DNA of 64,000 nucleotides from Patescibacteria group bacterium (GCA_963169855.1 CAUJCN010000002.1:69508-133507); one strand, 5' to 3'. Positions 41,093 to 50,285 are shown, numbered from the stretch's first letter. Notes: generated by a model not told the origin, from the sequence alone. Program-made: numbers and translations.

Positions 41093-41734
41093 CTAGAATG
41101 ATTTAGAAAAAGTTGATAGTTTGATTCCAAAAGCATTTACAAAGAAAGCTAAACCAATCATTTCCAAGAATTCCTCAATCCCTACTTCGATCAAATACAA
41201 ATCAGATACTCCATAAAGTCGACCCCCAATTAGTTCCAAAACTGCCACTAGCACAAAACAAATTAATCCAAGGAACATGAATTTTCTTACGTCGCTCTTT
41301 TCTTTTAGTGTTCCATAAAGCAGGAAAGCAAAAAAAATTGCTACGAATACCCCCAGAGAGATTACCCAGGAAAAATTAGCCGCGTCAGAAAGAAACGAAA
41401 CATTACTTTTTATAAAATCATTTAGAGCATCTCTAAAACTAAAAGCTTCTTCAAGTCCGAATAGAATAAATACTCCACTGTACAAAAAATACAAAATTGA
41501 TTCTGATTTTTTTGTTGATACCAAAGCAATCTTACCTGCATATACAAACGCCGAGAAAGCGATGCATGTAGTTATAATTGATCCAATCGAAAAGCTCTCA
41601 TCTAGGTAAAAAATGCTGTAACTATATTGCAGAATTCTTACCGAGTGTAAAAGGAAATGCAAAATTAAAACTATGAAAGATACAAATGTTATTAACTTGA
41701 ATTCTGGAGTTAGTGTTTTTGCTAAATTTCTCAT
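41093..41734 (-). CDS. hypothetical polytopic membrane protein
   Basis: 213 aa, ~6 TM helices. Confidence 0.45.
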   Translation of the reverse strand: MRNLAKTLTPEFKLITFVSFIVLILHFLLHSVRILQYSYSIFYLDESFSIGSIITTCIAFSAFVYAGKIALVSTKKSESILYFLYSGVFILFGLEEAFSFRDALNDFIKSNVSFLSDAANFSWVISLGVFVAIFFAFLLYGTLKEKSDVRKFMFLGLICFVLVAVLELIGGRLYGVSDLYLIEVGIEEFLEMIGLAFFVNAFGIKLSTFSKSF

Positions 41735-41805
41735 AAAATTTCTTAACTTAAGGGGGAGAGTGTCTTCAAACTCTTCCTTTATATATTTGGTTAAGAATAT
41801 ACACC

Positions 41806-41817
41806 CGGAGGAGACAG
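41806..41817 (+). repeat. 12-nt direct repeat of the tRNA-Ser 3' end (candidate att remnant)
   Basis: cggaggagacag is identical to 43919-43930 within tRNA-Ser. Confidence 0.35.
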
Positions 41818-41989
41818 ATCAACTTCGCCAAAGGCTACTTTGCTCTCCTTGCCTTGAAAGATATTCTCGTACCAGATCTACGAAGCTTTTGCGTAGTAGA
41901 TCGGGACCATCCGAGTCTGGAACCCTTTACCCTAATCTCATTATATAAAAATGAGACAAATAAGACACCTAAAAAAGGAGTATCAAAAA

Positions 41990-42415
41990 TTAAGTCTCGT
42001 TTTTAACAGGCTCAAATAGCTGCTTAGCTTCCTCGATAGTTTCTGATGTCTTTGTATTATGGCGAGTTAATTTGAGTTGTCCTGCACCTTTTCTATCTGT
42101 GAAATACGATCCTGAAAGTTCTCGAACTGGGTCGCCAATAATATCAAGTGTCACAGCTCCGTCATGTGGACGGTTATCGCCTCTTTTCCCATGAGGTGCT
42201 TCACTTTTGTAAAGATAGTAAAGTTGTAGTTTGTTTTGGTAACTTTTGGTTATCTTTGCTGTTATTGAGTTTGATTCTGAAGGTTTTTCGAAAAAGGAGC
42301 GAATATGAATTGAAGTAAGTGTTTGGTGAATACAAACATAGATATCTACATTGCCTTTCTTTCCATCTTTATCACTCTCATAATAAAGGTTACCTTTCCA
42401 AGTTCCATGCATTAC
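41990..42415 (-). CDS. hypothetical protein in a GC-richer segment (start placed at internal Met)
   Basis: the N-terminal 60 codons of tracked ORF 41990..42601 look like antisense read-through; MHGTWKGNLYYESDKDGKKG... onward looks protein-like. Confidence 0.35.
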   Translation of the reverse strand, partial: VMHGTWKGNLYYESDKDGKKGNVDIYVCIHQTLTSIHIRSFFEKPSESNSITAKITKSYQNKLQLYYLYKSEAPHGKRGDNRPHDGAVTLDIIGDPVRELSGSYFTDRKGAGQLKLTRHNTKTSETIEEAKQLFEPVKNET

Positions 42416-42433
42416 TGGGATCTGGAAGTAGTG

Positions 42434-42709
42434 ATGCGATATACAGAATTTATGTGGCAAAGATTCGAAGATGACATTAAACGACTTAACCACCTGAGAG
42501 GCGTAATGAATCAAAAAGCCGATGAGATTAGACCTACACCGCACAATACTCAAAAGAGTAAAGCTGAGATTACCGAAGAAGAAAATCAGATGCTCAGACA
42601 ATATCTAGTACACATACTTCAATACGGTACGCCTGAGGAGAGGAAAAACATACTAGGCGGTATCAAATCAAAGTTTGAACTAACAGACAGGAGATTAATC
42701 CTTAAATAA
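42434..42709 (+). CDS. small hypothetical helical protein, divergent from the previous gene
   Basis: MRYTEFMWQRFEDDIKRLNHLRGV...LTDRRLILK; codon usage slightly GC-richer than neighbours. Confidence 0.35.
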   Translation: MRYTEFMWQRFEDDIKRLNHLRGVMNQKADEIRPTPHNTQKSKAEITEEENQMLRQYLVHILQYGTPEERKNILGGIKSKFELTDRRLILK

Positions 42710-42732
42710 TTTTTAAAATATCTCTTGACAAA

Positions 42733-42759
42733 TTAGCAGTTAATGCATTAGACTGCTAA
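42733..42759 (+). promoter_or_regulatory. CIRCE-like inverted repeat (putative HrcA operator) in the hsp20 leader
   Basis: TTAGCAGTT-AATGCATTA-GACTGCTAA (9-N9-9 geometry like CIRCE); TTGACA hexamer 3 nt upstream. Confidence 0.55.
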
Positions 42760-42886
42760 TAGATAAATAACTAAGGACTTTCATCTGAGGTTTCTGAAAT
42801 TATTTACAACCTCTTTTGAATTCCCCAATATTTATCAAGTCTTATATTACTTAATTAATTTTAGGTATTATGAACAATACATTTAC

Positions 42887-42912
42887 TTAGCGATTTATAG
42901 TCATGTCGCTAA
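42887..42912 (+). promoter_or_regulatory. second, weaker CIRCE-like palindrome in the hsp20 leader
   Basis: TTAGCGA-N12-TCGCTAA. Confidence 0.3.
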
Positions 42913-43095
42913 AACAACTTTACAATTTAATACAATCTTGTTTAGTTAGGTAAAACCTAATTTGTACTGAATATCTTTTCAGTAGGACTAATTAAAATGT
43001 AAAGAAAGCCAAGTTCCCCGGCTTGTAAAAGATAGGGGAACCATTAATACAATACACTGCTATAGTTATTATTTAATTTATTAAAGGAAGATATT

Positions 43096-43566
43096 ATGAA
43101 AATTACAAAAAGAAACAATAATGACAACACGCAACTTGCAACAACATCTTACTCACCTGTGAGAAGTATGTTTGATGATTTCTTTAGGATGCCATCATTA
43201 ATTGACGAAATGTTTAATAGATCGGTTATGCCAAGTTATAGTAGTCTTTCTGCTGATGTTTGGGAAGAAGACGATAGCTTCTTTGTGAAAATGGCTTTGC
43301 CTGGAGTAACTAAAGATGATGTCGAGATTGAGGTTGACGCAGATGTAGTTAGAATCAAGGGTGGGAAAAAGGTAGAAGAGAAAGAAGATAATAAAAAGAA
43401 GTATTATTATCGAAGCCTTGATACTCAATTTGAGCAGGCATTTAATCTACCTACTGTAGTAGATGCAGAAAAAGTAGAGGCTAAGTTTAAAGATGGTGTT
43501 CTTGAAGTAAAGTTACCAAAGGCTGAACAATATAAGCCGAAAAAAATCTCAATAGAAGGTGAATAA
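43096..43566 (+). CDS. Hsp20/alpha-crystallin family small heat-shock protein (paralog 2)
   Basis: 156 aa; alpha-crystallin-domain pattern (DGVLEVKLPK). Confidence 0.8.
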   Translation: MKITKRNNNDNTQLATTSYSPVRSMFDDFFRMPSLIDEMFNRSVMPSYSSLSADVWEEDDSFFVKMALPGVTKDDVEIEVDADVVRIKGGKKVEEKEDNKKKYYYRSLDTQFEQAFNLPTVVDAEKVEAKFKDGVLEVKLPKAEQYKPKKISIEGE

Positions 43567-43585
43567 AGAGAGTATATCAGCAAGA

Positions 43586-43617
43586 AGAAGGCGGACGCAA
43601 GTCCGCCTTCTCTTTTA
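43586..43617 (+). terminator. rho-independent terminator after hsp20
   Basis: gaaggcggac-gcaa-gtccgccttc followed by tcttttaat. Confidence 0.7.
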
Positions 43618-43915
43618 ATACACAACTTTAGTCAGGGCAAACCTGTTACTTGGTACTTAAAATTATCAATATATAACAATTTTTTTGTTTATATTTCAAG
43701 ACAGAAACAGGACTGCAACGGATATTTAGGCACCAGAAATGCAAGCCCAGCAACAAAAAAGCTTAGAACCACAGAGTTGTAAATTTCATCGGTTTTGGAA
43801 GAATTTCAGAAGATTTAGGCTCATTTCGGATTTCGAGAAGAATTTGGGCTGATTTAGCAAGCAGTATAAGCGTTTCTAGCGTCGAGAAACGGGTCTTATA
43901 AGAACATTAAGAAAA

Positions 43916-44005
43916 TGGCGGAGGAGACAGGATTTGAACCTGCGTCAGCCAGATGGCTGAACAGTCTTTCCAGGACTGCGCACTAGACCACTATGCGACT
44001 CCTCC
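43916..44005 (-). tRNA. tRNA-Ser (anticodon GGA), CCA encoded
   Basis: Hand fold: acceptor GGAGGAG/CTCCTCC, anticodon stem CAGTC/GACTG with loop CTGGAAA, long variable arm (CAGCC/GGCTG), T-arm GCAGG-TTCAAAT-CCTGT, 3' GCCA. Confidence 0.85.
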
Positions 44006-44245
44006 AGTTTGTAGTCTTCTTTTTAAATAGGCTCGACCATACCCAGTTTTTAACTGTTTCTCTCTTAGAATTGCCGACTTCCGATTTAAACATGCTTCGA
44101 AATAAATTAAAGTCAAAGGTCTCCTGTATTTGGTAGATGTGACTTTACCTAATTCATGTTCTTGCAATCTCTTGCTCAGATCCTCTGTAAAACCAATGTA
44201 CAGCTTTCCGTCTTGTGATTGTAAAACGTAGGTATAATATAGCAT
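43991..44245 (-). CDS. small GIY-YIG nuclease family protein (YhbQ-like)
   Basis: MLYYTYVLQSQDGKLYIGFTEDLSKRLQEHELGK; the tracked ORF extends upstream into the partial tRNA copy, so start placed at Met28; 3' end overlaps the tRNA-Ser 5' end by 15 nt. Confidence 0.65.
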   Translation of the reverse strand: MLYYTYVLQSQDGKLYIGFTEDLSKRLQEHELGKVTSTKYRRPLTLIYFEACLNRKSAILREKQLKTGYGRAYLKRRLQTGGVA

Positions 44246-44268
44246 TACTTTTTTAATATTCAAATAGA

Positions 44269-44324
44269 CACCACTACCCGCCTGCAACGCTTTGCGTAGC
44301 AATGCGGGCAGGTGCGACTCCTCC
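44269..44324 (-). repeat. partial duplicate of the tRNA-Ser 5' end with an inserted GC-rich hairpin
   Basis: minus strand reads GGAGGAGTCGCA + 36-nt GC-rich insert + TAGTGGTG; tRNA-Ser begins GGAGGAGTCGCATAGTGGTC. Confidence 0.5.
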
Positions 44325-44421
44325 ATTGGATTGACTGTAGATTATACCAAATCACATTAGTTTGCAGTATTCTTAAAAATACAACTATAATGAAATAAAC
44401 TTTACTTTTTACTATTATTTT

Positions 44422-44793
44422 ATGAATAGCGTAGTACACTTCGAAATACCAGCTGATGATTTAGAAAGAGTTCAAAAATTTTATAATGAGGTATTCAATT
44501 GGCAAGCTACAGAAACTATGGAAGGAGCAGTAATGGTAAATACAACAGAAACTCATGATAATGGCATTCCGAAAGCAGCCGGAGCAATAAATGGAGACTT
44601 CTTCAAAAGAGATGATAACTTAAAGCATCCACTTATTGTGTTAACAGTTGATAGCATAGTTGAGAAATTTGAGACTATTAAAAATGCAGGTGGTTCAGTT
44701 GTTGTAGATAAAATGCCAGTTGGAGATATGGGATTTTGTGCTTACTTTAAGGATTCAGAAGGTAATGTAATGGGATTGTGGGAAAATCCTTAA
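44422..44793 (+). CDS. VOC (glyoxalase/bleomycin-resistance) family protein
   Basis: 123 aa; HFEIPADDLERVQKFY...FKDSEGNVMGLWEN pattern. Confidence 0.65.
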   Translation: MNSVVHFEIPADDLERVQKFYNEVFNWQATETMEGAVMVNTTETHDNGIPKAAGAINGDFFKRDDNLKHPLIVLTVDSIVEKFETIKNAGGSVVVDKMPVGDMGFCAYFKDSEGNVMGLWENP

Positions 44794-45137
44794 TTCTGAT
44801 ATTCTGAATTTAAAACTTGCCCAAATTCCAACAGAGAATCAGATAGTGGAATGTTCGCATGAATAAGTGTCATTGCCAAAATACCTAAAAAGAACGCTGT
44901 TTTGATAGCGTCTATATCAGACTCTTTTAACTGATTCAATTTACTATCTAGTATATTTTTCTTTTCCTCAACTGACACATCATCTGCAATTGCAAGATCT
45001 ACTCCCATGGCTGAAAATAAACTCTGCAATATCTCGTAAACAGTTAGAGATTTAAATGATGTTTTCAGGAATAAAAAGCTTGGATCTAACCCGCCTACAG
45101 CGTCTTTCGCGATCTTCAAAAGTTCAAATTTCTCCAT
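44790..45137 (-). CDS. hypothetical protein
   Basis: 115-aa ORF. Confidence 0.35.
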   Translation of the reverse strand: MEKFELLKIAKDAVGGLDPSFLFLKTSFKSLTVYEILQSLFSAMGVDLAIADDVSVEEKKNILDSKLNQLKESDIDAIKTAFFLGILAMTLIHANIPLSDSLLEFGQVLNSEYQN

Positions 45138-45182
45138 AAAATGCTATAATGTTTATATAATTATACCGTATTGTATTAATCG

Positions 45183-45950
45183 ATGGTAGCTAAAACTGAC
45201 TTTAAAACTAAGTATGTTAAAACTCACTTTGGGCATCTAGCTTATCACCAGATTGAAGCCAAAAACAACGAATTTTGCATTTTTGTTCACGGGCACATGG
45301 ACAGTGGGCTAGATAGATTTAGCTATAGGTTAATAGAAGATTTTGAAGGAGCTGCATCGTTAATTTTATTGGACAGCCGAGGTCACGGTAGCTCAACCAG
45401 ATTAGAAAACTACCCTAGTTTGAAAGAGCGAGGTGAAGATCTAAAAATCCTAGTTCAACATTTAATTGAAAACCATAACCCCACTACAGTAACCCTTATC
45501 TCCTACTCTATTGCCTCTGGGATTATTCTGAATGTTCTATCTGAAGTTGAAACAATTCATTCTTCGACAAAATTTAAAGCTGTATTAGTCGCGCCTCTTT
45601 TAAAACTCTCGAAACACAAAGAATGGTTCAAGGAAAATATAAAAACATTAAAAAACACCTCTGCAAACTTTATCCAGAAGGTTTATAGAAGCAAGGGAAT
45701 TTTCAATATAAACAGGGATTACTTTAAGGACTTGTCAGTAAATTTTTACAGAAAGAATGCTTCTAAGATCAAATCAAAACTAAGCATTGTATTTGGAGAG
45801 CAAGATAATAGAACATCAGTTGCCGATGTATTGAGGTTTAAGAACGAGATTTTACCTAAAGCGAAGGTTTATTCTTATAAATCACTTGGGCATGTTTTTA
45901 ACGAAAAGGAATATGCCTTAATCAGTAAAAAGATTTCCCAAATAGCCTAA
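45183..45950 (+). CDS. alpha/beta hydrolase
   Basis: IFVHGHMDS...; nucleophile elbow ISYSIASG. Confidence 0.6.
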   Translation: MVAKTDFKTKYVKTHFGHLAYHQIEAKNNEFCIFVHGHMDSGLDRFSYRLIEDFEGAASLILLDSRGHGSSTRLENYPSLKERGEDLKILVQHLIENHNPTTVTLISYSIASGIILNVLSEVETIHSSTKFKAVLVAPLLKLSKHKEWFKENIKTLKNTSANFIQKVYRSKGIFNINRDYFKDLSVNFYRKNASKIKSKLSIVFGEQDNRTSVADVLRFKNEILPKAKVYSYKSLGHVFNEKEYALISKKISQIA

Positions 45951-47125
45951 ACAATTCTTGCTTCTTCGAATTTATTAACTGCAGACTGGATTACCGAAAG
46001 CATCTTCGCACAAACTAAATCTGTCTTAACTTGAGCTCTAATGTTGTTAATCTTTACTTTAGAAACTTTTCTTCCGCATAATTTCTTAATTTTAGTGATG
46101 ACTTCATCGTGATTTTTAAAGTCAGCCACCATGTTTTCTAACCCTGCATCAATCAGTAATTGAGCACAGCCAACCGTATGATTAACAAGAACAGGAACGC
46201 CAACGCAAATCGCTTCAACTGGAACATATCCAAATGTCTCGAAATATGATGGACAAACAATCAAACCTTGACTCTTATAGAAATCAAGAAGTCCTTCTGC
46301 AGACATCGGCGGAACTAATTCCATAGTTTCAGGAAATTTTGTATTAGCATTGCTGATATCAGAAACAAAAGTTGCTTTGTGCTTCCATCCATCCCCAAGC
46401 AAATCTCTGTGTATATTGAAAAACGCATCAAAATTTTTCACTCTTGCATATCTTCCTACCGCAGCAATACTTTTTTCTACAACTGTATCACCGACCTCTG
46501 CTTCAGTAAAAATATCATTTACTGGATTAGGTATAACGTAGTTATCAGGAAGTTTTCTTCTAGAAAATATTTTCTTAACTGTGTCTCTACAGATTTCTGA
46601 GGGGTAAATAATCGCTTCTGCTCCTAGCGTAATATCTTTTTCCATGATTTTGAAAACCTCCTTGAACTCTTTGTCATAATGCTCGACTTCTTTTGAAAGT
46701 ACACCTGCATACCAAAGTACATACGGGATATCTAGTTTCTTTGCAGCTTCAGAGATAATCCATGGAATATAGTAAGTACCATTCAAAAGAATTACATCAG
46801 GACGATTTTTATTCAAAAGATCTTCAACTGTCTGAATAACTTTTTTATATTTTTTTCTGATCTTATCAATGTCTTTAGTTTTTTTAATAACATCCATCAC
46901 ACCCAAGTCATGAATATTAATTACGTAGTGATCAAATCTATCTTCTTCGTATTTATCATAAATACGTGTATGTTTAGAAACTAATCGACCATTTAATTCA
47001 ATTCCTAGAAAATCGTGACCCTCTTCATAAAGATAGTCTATTAATGCCATATTGGCAGAAGTAATACCTCCTAACGGCTCTCTTGTAAGATTCAATCCTA
47101 GCTTCATATGAGTCAAATTAACCAT
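45947..47125 (-). CDS. glycosyltransferase family 4
   Basis: C-terminal ETFGYVPVEAICVGVPVL (E-x7-E motif). Confidence 0.75.
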   Translation of the reverse strand: MVNLTHMKLGLNLTREPLGGITSANMALIDYLYEEGHDFLGIELNGRLVSKHTRIYDKYEEDRFDHYVINIHDLGVMDVIKKTKDIDKIRKKYKKVIQTVEDLLNKNRPDVILLNGTYYIPWIISEAAKKLDIPYVLWYAGVLSKEVEHYDKEFKEVFKIMEKDITLGAEAIIYPSEICRDTVKKIFSRRKLPDNYVIPNPVNDIFTEAEVGDTVVEKSIAAVGRYARVKNFDAFFNIHRDLLGDGWKHKATFVSDISNANTKFPETMELVPPMSAEGLLDFYKSQGLIVCPSYFETFGYVPVEAICVGVPVLVNHTVGCAQLLIDAGLENMVADFKNHDEVITKIKKLCGRKVSKVKINNIRAQVKTDLVCAKMLSVIQSAVNKFEEARIV

Positions 47126-47273
47126 TACATTATATCAAAAATATATATCCAGATCTATACCCTTAACATACTGCAAACTTTATCTACTAACTACACTTTA
47201 ACTTTAGTTTGAAAGAAAATAAAGAAAAGCCTGGCAATTTTCTTACCAGGCTTTCAAATAATTTATATTCTTT

Positions 47274-49157
47274 TTATCTACTCAATTCTGCCCATGCATA
47301 AAACGCTGCTCCATTAAGATCGATACTTTCTGGATCAACATTCTTATTTAACTTAGAAACAATTTCCTTATTCATTTGAGCTGGAGTATATCGAACATCC
47401 TTTCCAAGTTTTTTACCCTCTCTTAAAATTGCAGCGGTATTTTCGCCTCCACCATACGCAGAAATTACATCACTAACCTCCAAGAAAATCTTTGTAGTTT
47501 CTGCTAATCTATCTGTTCCAGGAACTTTTCCTCCCCAGTATGGGTCATTTGCTATATAAATTCTATCTACAAATCTAGAAAATCTACCACTGTATTGCAA
47601 TGCAAGAGTAGATGCGACTCCAATCGTCATGAATCCCATTTCCTTTGCAATTTCGTATGCAGCTCCAATACCTTCTTCAGTTGCACCAATATTAATTATT
47701 GTTGTCTTAGGATCTAAAGTTTTTAATTCCTTTTTAATTTGCTTCATTACAGCATCTTTATCCTGATATTCAAGTTGAGAGTATCCAAATAAGGTAAATA
47801 CATTCTTCTCTAAAGCCTTGATTTGTTTAACTATACTTTCTGCAGATGTTGGTTCTGTCGCGAATTGCTCCATAACATCTGGATCGTCTGACATAAGACT
47901 CTTGTATACGAATTTTTCTTCCGAACCTTCTTTCGAAGTAATCAACTTCATGATTTCTTCGTCGCTAGGATAATCAGTGTAGTTCAATATTTTGAATACC
48001 TGTTTTGCTGCTTGAAGTAACCATTCTGGAGTTCTGTACTTAATTGCTACCAGTCCATCACCAGTATTTTCTGGATCATCGTAGAATCCATAATTAAGTT
48101 TGTTATAAACGTTTGAAAGCAAAGATAATGCTCTGTCATGGAAGAACCGAACTGTGATCGCTCCTCTTGTTCTAGTATTTGAAATTCCACTTTGAATATT
48201 TCCTGTTGGAGTTCGCAGATCCTCGATATCTTGCGGAGCATCGCTTTCTGGATAAATCATATGCTCAAATGGTTGAGGCATGTTTGGTCTTAAAATTTCT
48301 TCAATGACTGATTCTGGTTCGGCAGTTAATGCTGATTCGTGGAAAATTTCAAACATAATAACTCTTACCAATCTTCTTACGCCATTCTCATCTTCAGGAG
48401 TACCTTCTGGAGATTTATCGATGTTTGGAAAAATAACTTCTTTTAGGAAATTATCCATATGTCTGTATAAATTTATTTTCTGAACATCAAACGTATAACC
48501 CAAAGCTCTTTCCCTCATCATTGTGTAACCTTGCATTCTTCGAACATGATTAATATCGTGATACCAGAAATCTAATGGTGATTGTTGGTGTCTATCAACT
48601 CTAATTGTTCTAGAAACAACACCTATAAATCCTATAGGTACAGATCTTACTCGGATTAGATCATCCATTTTAAGTTCTGTAATTGTTGGGTAAACAATCA
48701 CATTTGGATCTGAAATTAATGCATGTCTATGATATGCGTATCTGTCAAAGTGATAAAGAGGAACTGCTTTGTTTCCTGGTTCCAGTCTATTCAACTTATC
48801 TAGAAGTCTTAGACCAGCTTCGATTGCGTCGATTGTTGGTCTGTATGGGAAAGGTCCGTTGAATGGTCTTGGATATGGATACTTTTCTTCATCCTCAAAC
48901 TGAAAGTTTAGATTAATATGAGCGAACAAAGTTTTAACTTCCTTTAGTTCATACGCTAACTGTTGATGATCTTCCAAAATCTTTGAGAATTCAGGGGTAT
49001 CTAGTTCATCCAAAATATAATTTACAGTAGGTTCGAATTCGGGGAAGCAAGCATTGAAGCCGTCTTTCTTGATTCTACAATAGAAATCAACGTAACAATC
49101 AATTGGATTTTCTATGATCTTTTGAACGAATATTTTATCTTTTTCTATGTTCGTCAT
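47274..49157 (-). CDS. large protein of unknown function; C-terminal Rossmann domain resembling LOG/DprA (SLOG-like)
   Basis: 627 aa; last ~150 aa TIINIGATEEGIGAAYEIAKEMGFMTIGVAS...ISAYGGGENTAAIL resemble the GxGxxG-type and PGGxGT-like elements of TIGR00730/DprA-type folds; N-terminal 450 aa not recognised. Confidence 0.45.
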   Translation of the reverse strand: MTNIEKDKIFVQKIIENPIDCYVDFYCRIKKDGFNACFPEFEPTVNYILDELDTPEFSKILEDHQQLAYELKEVKTLFAHINLNFQFEDEEKYPYPRPFNGPFPYRPTIDAIEAGLRLLDKLNRLEPGNKAVPLYHFDRYAYHRHALISDPNVIVYPTITELKMDDLIRVRSVPIGFIGVVSRTIRVDRHQQSPLDFWYHDINHVRRMQGYTMMRERALGYTFDVQKINLYRHMDNFLKEVIFPNIDKSPEGTPEDENGVRRLVRVIMFEIFHESALTAEPESVIEEILRPNMPQPFEHMIYPESDAPQDIEDLRTPTGNIQSGISNTRTRGAITVRFFHDRALSLLSNVYNKLNYGFYDDPENTGDGLVAIKYRTPEWLLQAAKQVFKILNYTDYPSDEEIMKLITSKEGSEEKFVYKSLMSDDPDVMEQFATEPTSAESIVKQIKALEKNVFTLFGYSQLEYQDKDAVMKQIKKELKTLDPKTTIINIGATEEGIGAAYEIAKEMGFMTIGVASTLALQYSGRFSRFVDRIYIANDPYWGGKVPGTDRLAETTKIFLEVSDVISAYGGGENTAAILREGKKLGKDVRYTPAQMNKEIVSKLNKNVDPESIDLNGAAFYAWAELSR

Positions 49158-49184
49158 AGTTAAATATAATAAGTTAAATATTAA

Positions 49185-50285
49185 TTAAGCTTCGCCTCTT
49201 TTTGATAAAGCTTTATTCTGTATATCTAATACAGTTTGGAATGCTCCTGGATTTGCGTCCATACCTACAATTCTGATCATTATCTTTAAAGCATCTTGGA
49301 CTGCATACCTTCTAGTTATATCACCTACGTCTGTTGCCAACAAGCTATTTAAGTAGTAACAAATATTTACAATCAACATAAAAGTGTCTACTGCTGCAAC
49401 TTCTGGATTTTTTTCGTAGTTAGCTCTAAACGCCTTAATTGCTGTAACTACATCATTAGCTGTTAAGTTATCGAAATCACTTAGAAGTGTTTTTAAAGTG
49501 TGATTAAGATCTGTGAATATATGTGGAGGAGTTGTTCTACCAGCTACGGATTGAGCTGAGTAATCTTGTTTTATATTTTCCAATTTATAAGCAGTCTTTC
49601 TCCAATTCTCGTGAGCTTTTACCATTTCATTTACAATTCCAAACTCTTCTGCAATACCCAAGTGCAGGGTTAATCCGTCAATTGTTGTTTCTCGATTCAA
49701 ATTAAGAACTGCATAGTATATTTCCTGAACAAGCTGCCTATCTGTTTTGCTCAGTTTACCTTCTACAAGATCGCTAAAATCAATATTATTTTGAACTAGA
49801 AGGTTTTTAACGAAATCTATCCAATGTGTATTTCCAGTTAATATTCTTTCTTGAGCTGAAATGATCCAATCTCTAAATTCTTGAGAAGTTAATTTATCTA
49901 GATAATCAAAATATGAAGCATTCGCTTTGAAAGCTAAGGAAAATTCAGCCTTGAATGTTGCTAAATCTTGTCTATATTGACTCTCATATTGATAAGGATT
50001 TTGAGCAATACGATGCATTAGTGGGAACAACGAACTTGGAATCATTACTGGGTGACCATCTTTTCCAAGTTCTTCAACTCTATCTCTTGTTGGCCAAGGA
50101 GTTCTTGTGTCGAATTGATGCTCTAACCAACTTTCGTGAGTATCAATAATTACTTGTTGAGATATCAAACTTAGTGCTTCAGCATCTGACATAGATTCCG
50201 ACTGCACAGCTTTGTAACGCATAAACTCAGGAGTAGCTCCCGAATCTGGTTCAGACATTGGATTTAACGATGCTGTACTTCTCAT
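49185..50285 (-). CDS. hypothetical helical protein, first gene of the operon
   Basis: 366 aa, no motif recognised. Confidence 0.4.
   Translation of the reverse strand: MRSTASLNPMSEPDSGATPEFMRYKAVQSESMSDAEALSLISQQVIIDTHESWLEHQFDTRTPWPTRDRVEELGKDGHPVMIPSSLFPLMHRIAQNPYQYESQYRQDLATFKAEFSLAFKANASYFDYLDKLTSQEFRDWIISAQERILTGNTHWIDFVKNLLVQNNIDFSDLVEGKLSKTDRQLVQEIYYAVLNLNRETTIDGLTLHLGIAEEFGIVNEMVKAHENWRKTAYKLENIKQDYSAQSVAGRTTPPHIFTDLNHTLKTLLSDFDNLTANDVVTAIKAFRANYEKNPEVAAVDTFMLIVNICYYLNSLLATDVGDITRRYAVQDALKIMIRIVGMDANPGAFQTVLDIQNKALSKRGEA

Noticed and set aside
41673-41948. 91-aa plus-strand ORF spanning the 41735-41990 intergenic region
   Set aside because: It overlaps the start of the 41093..41734 membrane gene and the translation is Ser/Arg/Leu-rich junk; the region is better explained as promoter plus att-like repeat
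41735-41990. Possible structured ncRNA (SRP RNA, RNase P, tmRNA) in the GC-richer 41735-41990 and 10413-10840 spacers
   Set aside because: None of the diagnostic conserved motifs (GGAAAGUCC or its reverse complement for RNase P, AGGUCAGGUCCGGAAGGAAGCAGC for SRP, tRNA-like GGTTCGAATCC end for tmRNA) were found
42323-42433. N-terminal third of tracked ORF 42323..42709 and N-terminal 60 codons of tracked ORF 41990..42601
   Set aside because: The two tracked ORFs overlap on opposite strands; in the overlap only one frame on each side looks protein-like, so both were trimmed to internal Met starts (42415 and 42434)
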